Virus record (IMG/VR): IMGVR_UViG_3300009184_000033
Span: 68,045 to 132,044 of that record
DNA: 64,000 nt
Origin: a virus
Reading direction: 5' to 3' (one strand)
Part shown: one piece after another, positions 62,849 through 64,000 of the stretch
Layout: each line of letters begins with the position of its first letter
Position numbering within the stretch: the stretch's first letter is position 1
Translations under genes and position numbers: made by a program
The notes under the pieces: generated by a model
What the model was told of the DNA's origin: nothing
Databases searched by the model: none
Seen by the model: the letters and a program-made list of their open reading frames with translations, nothing else

Positions 62849-64000
62849 TCAGGCGGCCTTTGCGGCCGGCCACTTCATCTTGATGACCACGTCGTTCGAC
62901 TGGGGCTTGAACTGGAGTTCACCGCCCGGGGTGATCAGCCAGCACCGGCGGGCGACGCAGGGACCGGGGTCCGAGGCGTACCCGTCCGTGATGATGATGC
63001 CGCCGTCGAACTCGTCCCGGCTGGCGACCAGGTGCTTGCTCGGCGCGCTGAAGTCCGTCCCACCGGTGCGGGTCCGGGTCGGTCCCTTCGCCTTGCCGCG
63101 CTTCCATTCCGCCTTGGACTTCAGGTCGACCTCGGTGTCGAAGTGGAAGGTGGTGAACGACGTGAACTTGGTGAAGGCCTCGAGCTCCCCGAATGCGAGG
63201 GCGAGCTCGTCGTCCCCGACCGAACCCGACTGGTCGATGTAGACTGCGAGCGAGGAGGTGTACCCGCGCTTCGCACCGGTCGCGAGGCCCGGCATCCGCT
63301 TGTTCAGGCGGGACCAGGAGGTCGTCCGGCTGCCGCGGCGGGAGTTCCCGACGAAGTGCTTCAGGACCTCCTGCCAGGGGACCTCATTGGCGAGCATCGC
63401 ACGGATGTTCTCGCGCATCTCGGCCGAGACCGAACCCCACTGGCCCTTGGAGTCGCAATCGCTCGCCGCACGGCGGACGATCTCCTTGAGCTTCGCCTTC
63501 GCCATGGCCTTGGACTCGGCGGACTCATCGCCGGCGGCGTCCCCATCGGACGGGTCGCCACCCCAGTCCCCGTGGTCGTCCATCTCACCGGCGCCACCGG
63601 CACCATTCTCGATCGTGTCCGCAATCTCGGGGTCCGCCATGAACCGGGCGAAGTACTCCTCTGAGGAGAGACCCTTGGGCAGGTCGCGGATGAAGTCCGA
63701 CAGCTTCTGCCAGCGGGCGACCGCCTCGGCACCCATCTTCGCCTGCTCCTTCGCGGTCAGGGGCTTGAACGCCTCACCGGGGATGAGGCCACAGTCCGGG
63801 AGGAGTTCCCGGGCGATCTGGGAGTTGATCGCGCAGTCGGTGGAGTAGTTCCACACCCGGTGGGGTTCGTGGCGTCGGGTCGTACAGTGCTCGTAGACCA
63901 GGTGCAGGCACTCGTGGATGTTGAGACCTTTGACCTTGCCGGCGGACTGCTTGGCGAGCGTCGCGAGGAACTTCGGGTTCCAGTAGAACCGGATGTCGCC
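62849..64000 (-). CDS. DUF2201-type HEXXH metallopeptidase + VWA protein, 5' end outside window
   Basis: Frame open to 64000: YWNPKF..IHECLH..WNYSTDCAIN; VYIDQSGSV (MIDAS), GGTDF, IIITDGY. Confidence 0.88.
   Translation of the reverse strand, partial: GDIRFYWNPKFLATLAKQSAGKVKGLNIHECLHLVYEHCTTRRHEPHRVWNYSTDCAINSQIARELLPDCGLIPGEAFKPLTAKEQAKMGAEAVARWQKLSDFIRDLPKGLSSEEYFARFMADPEIADTIENGAGGAGEMDDHGDWGGDPSDGDAAGDESAESKAMAKAKLKEIVRRAASDCDSKGQWGSVSAEMRENIRAMLANEVPWQEVLKHFVGNSRRGSRTTSWSRLNKRMPGLATGAKRGYTSSLAVYIDQSGSVGDDELALAFGELEAFTKFTSFTTFHFDTEVDLKSKAEWKRGKAKGPTRTRTGGTDFSAPSKHLVASRDEFDGGIIITDGYASDPGPCVARRCWLITPGGELQFKPQSNDVVIKMKWPAAKAA

Noticed and set aside
1-64000. Stop-codon reassignment, introns or inteins
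   Set aside because: Recognisable genes are full length under the standard code, all three stops occur at coupled junctions, and no oversized enzymes or homing endonucleases were seen.

Overview
About 64 kb of a large tailed-phage (jumbo-phage-like) genome. Genes are densely packed, almost all on the minus strand, mostly coupled by ATGA/TAATG overlaps, and read in the standard code. No capsid, terminase or polymerase gene falls in this window, so phage identity is inferred from tail-fibre genes, many small ORFs and a late-promoter-like motif. Left to right: a glycosyltransferase fusion (partial); lectin and tail-fibre genes with PhoH2; a sigma-region-4 protein, Hc1-like protein, YkuK RNase-H-like protein and a degenerate chaperonin; a complete yeaH-ycgB(spoVR)-yeaG(prkA) triad; a NUDIX-cupin-cytidylyltransferase-DinG operon; Hsp20 and a SET protein; many small KOW/SH3-like ORFs; and a QueF-like(Cys-less)-metK-ahcY operon. 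Several genes encode myxobacterial-type surface proteins: a TraA/TraB-like fusion (signal peptide, TSP3 repeats, internal MYXO-CTERM-like tag, beta-barrel, OmpA domain), an adjacent CglF/GltF-like gliding protein, a Flp pilin and a lipoprotein. These suggest a Myxococcota-like host. A tandem array of unrelated genes shares an N-terminal MRITESQLRxIIREE leader (candidate capsid-targeting/protease-cleaved tag), with ADP-ribosyltransferase-like and HAD-phosphatase cargo. The right end is GC-rich, with a palindrome cluster (origin/packaging-like), three identical promoter cassettes and a partial HEXXH-VWA gene. All family assignments come from motif recognition by eye; no database searches were run.
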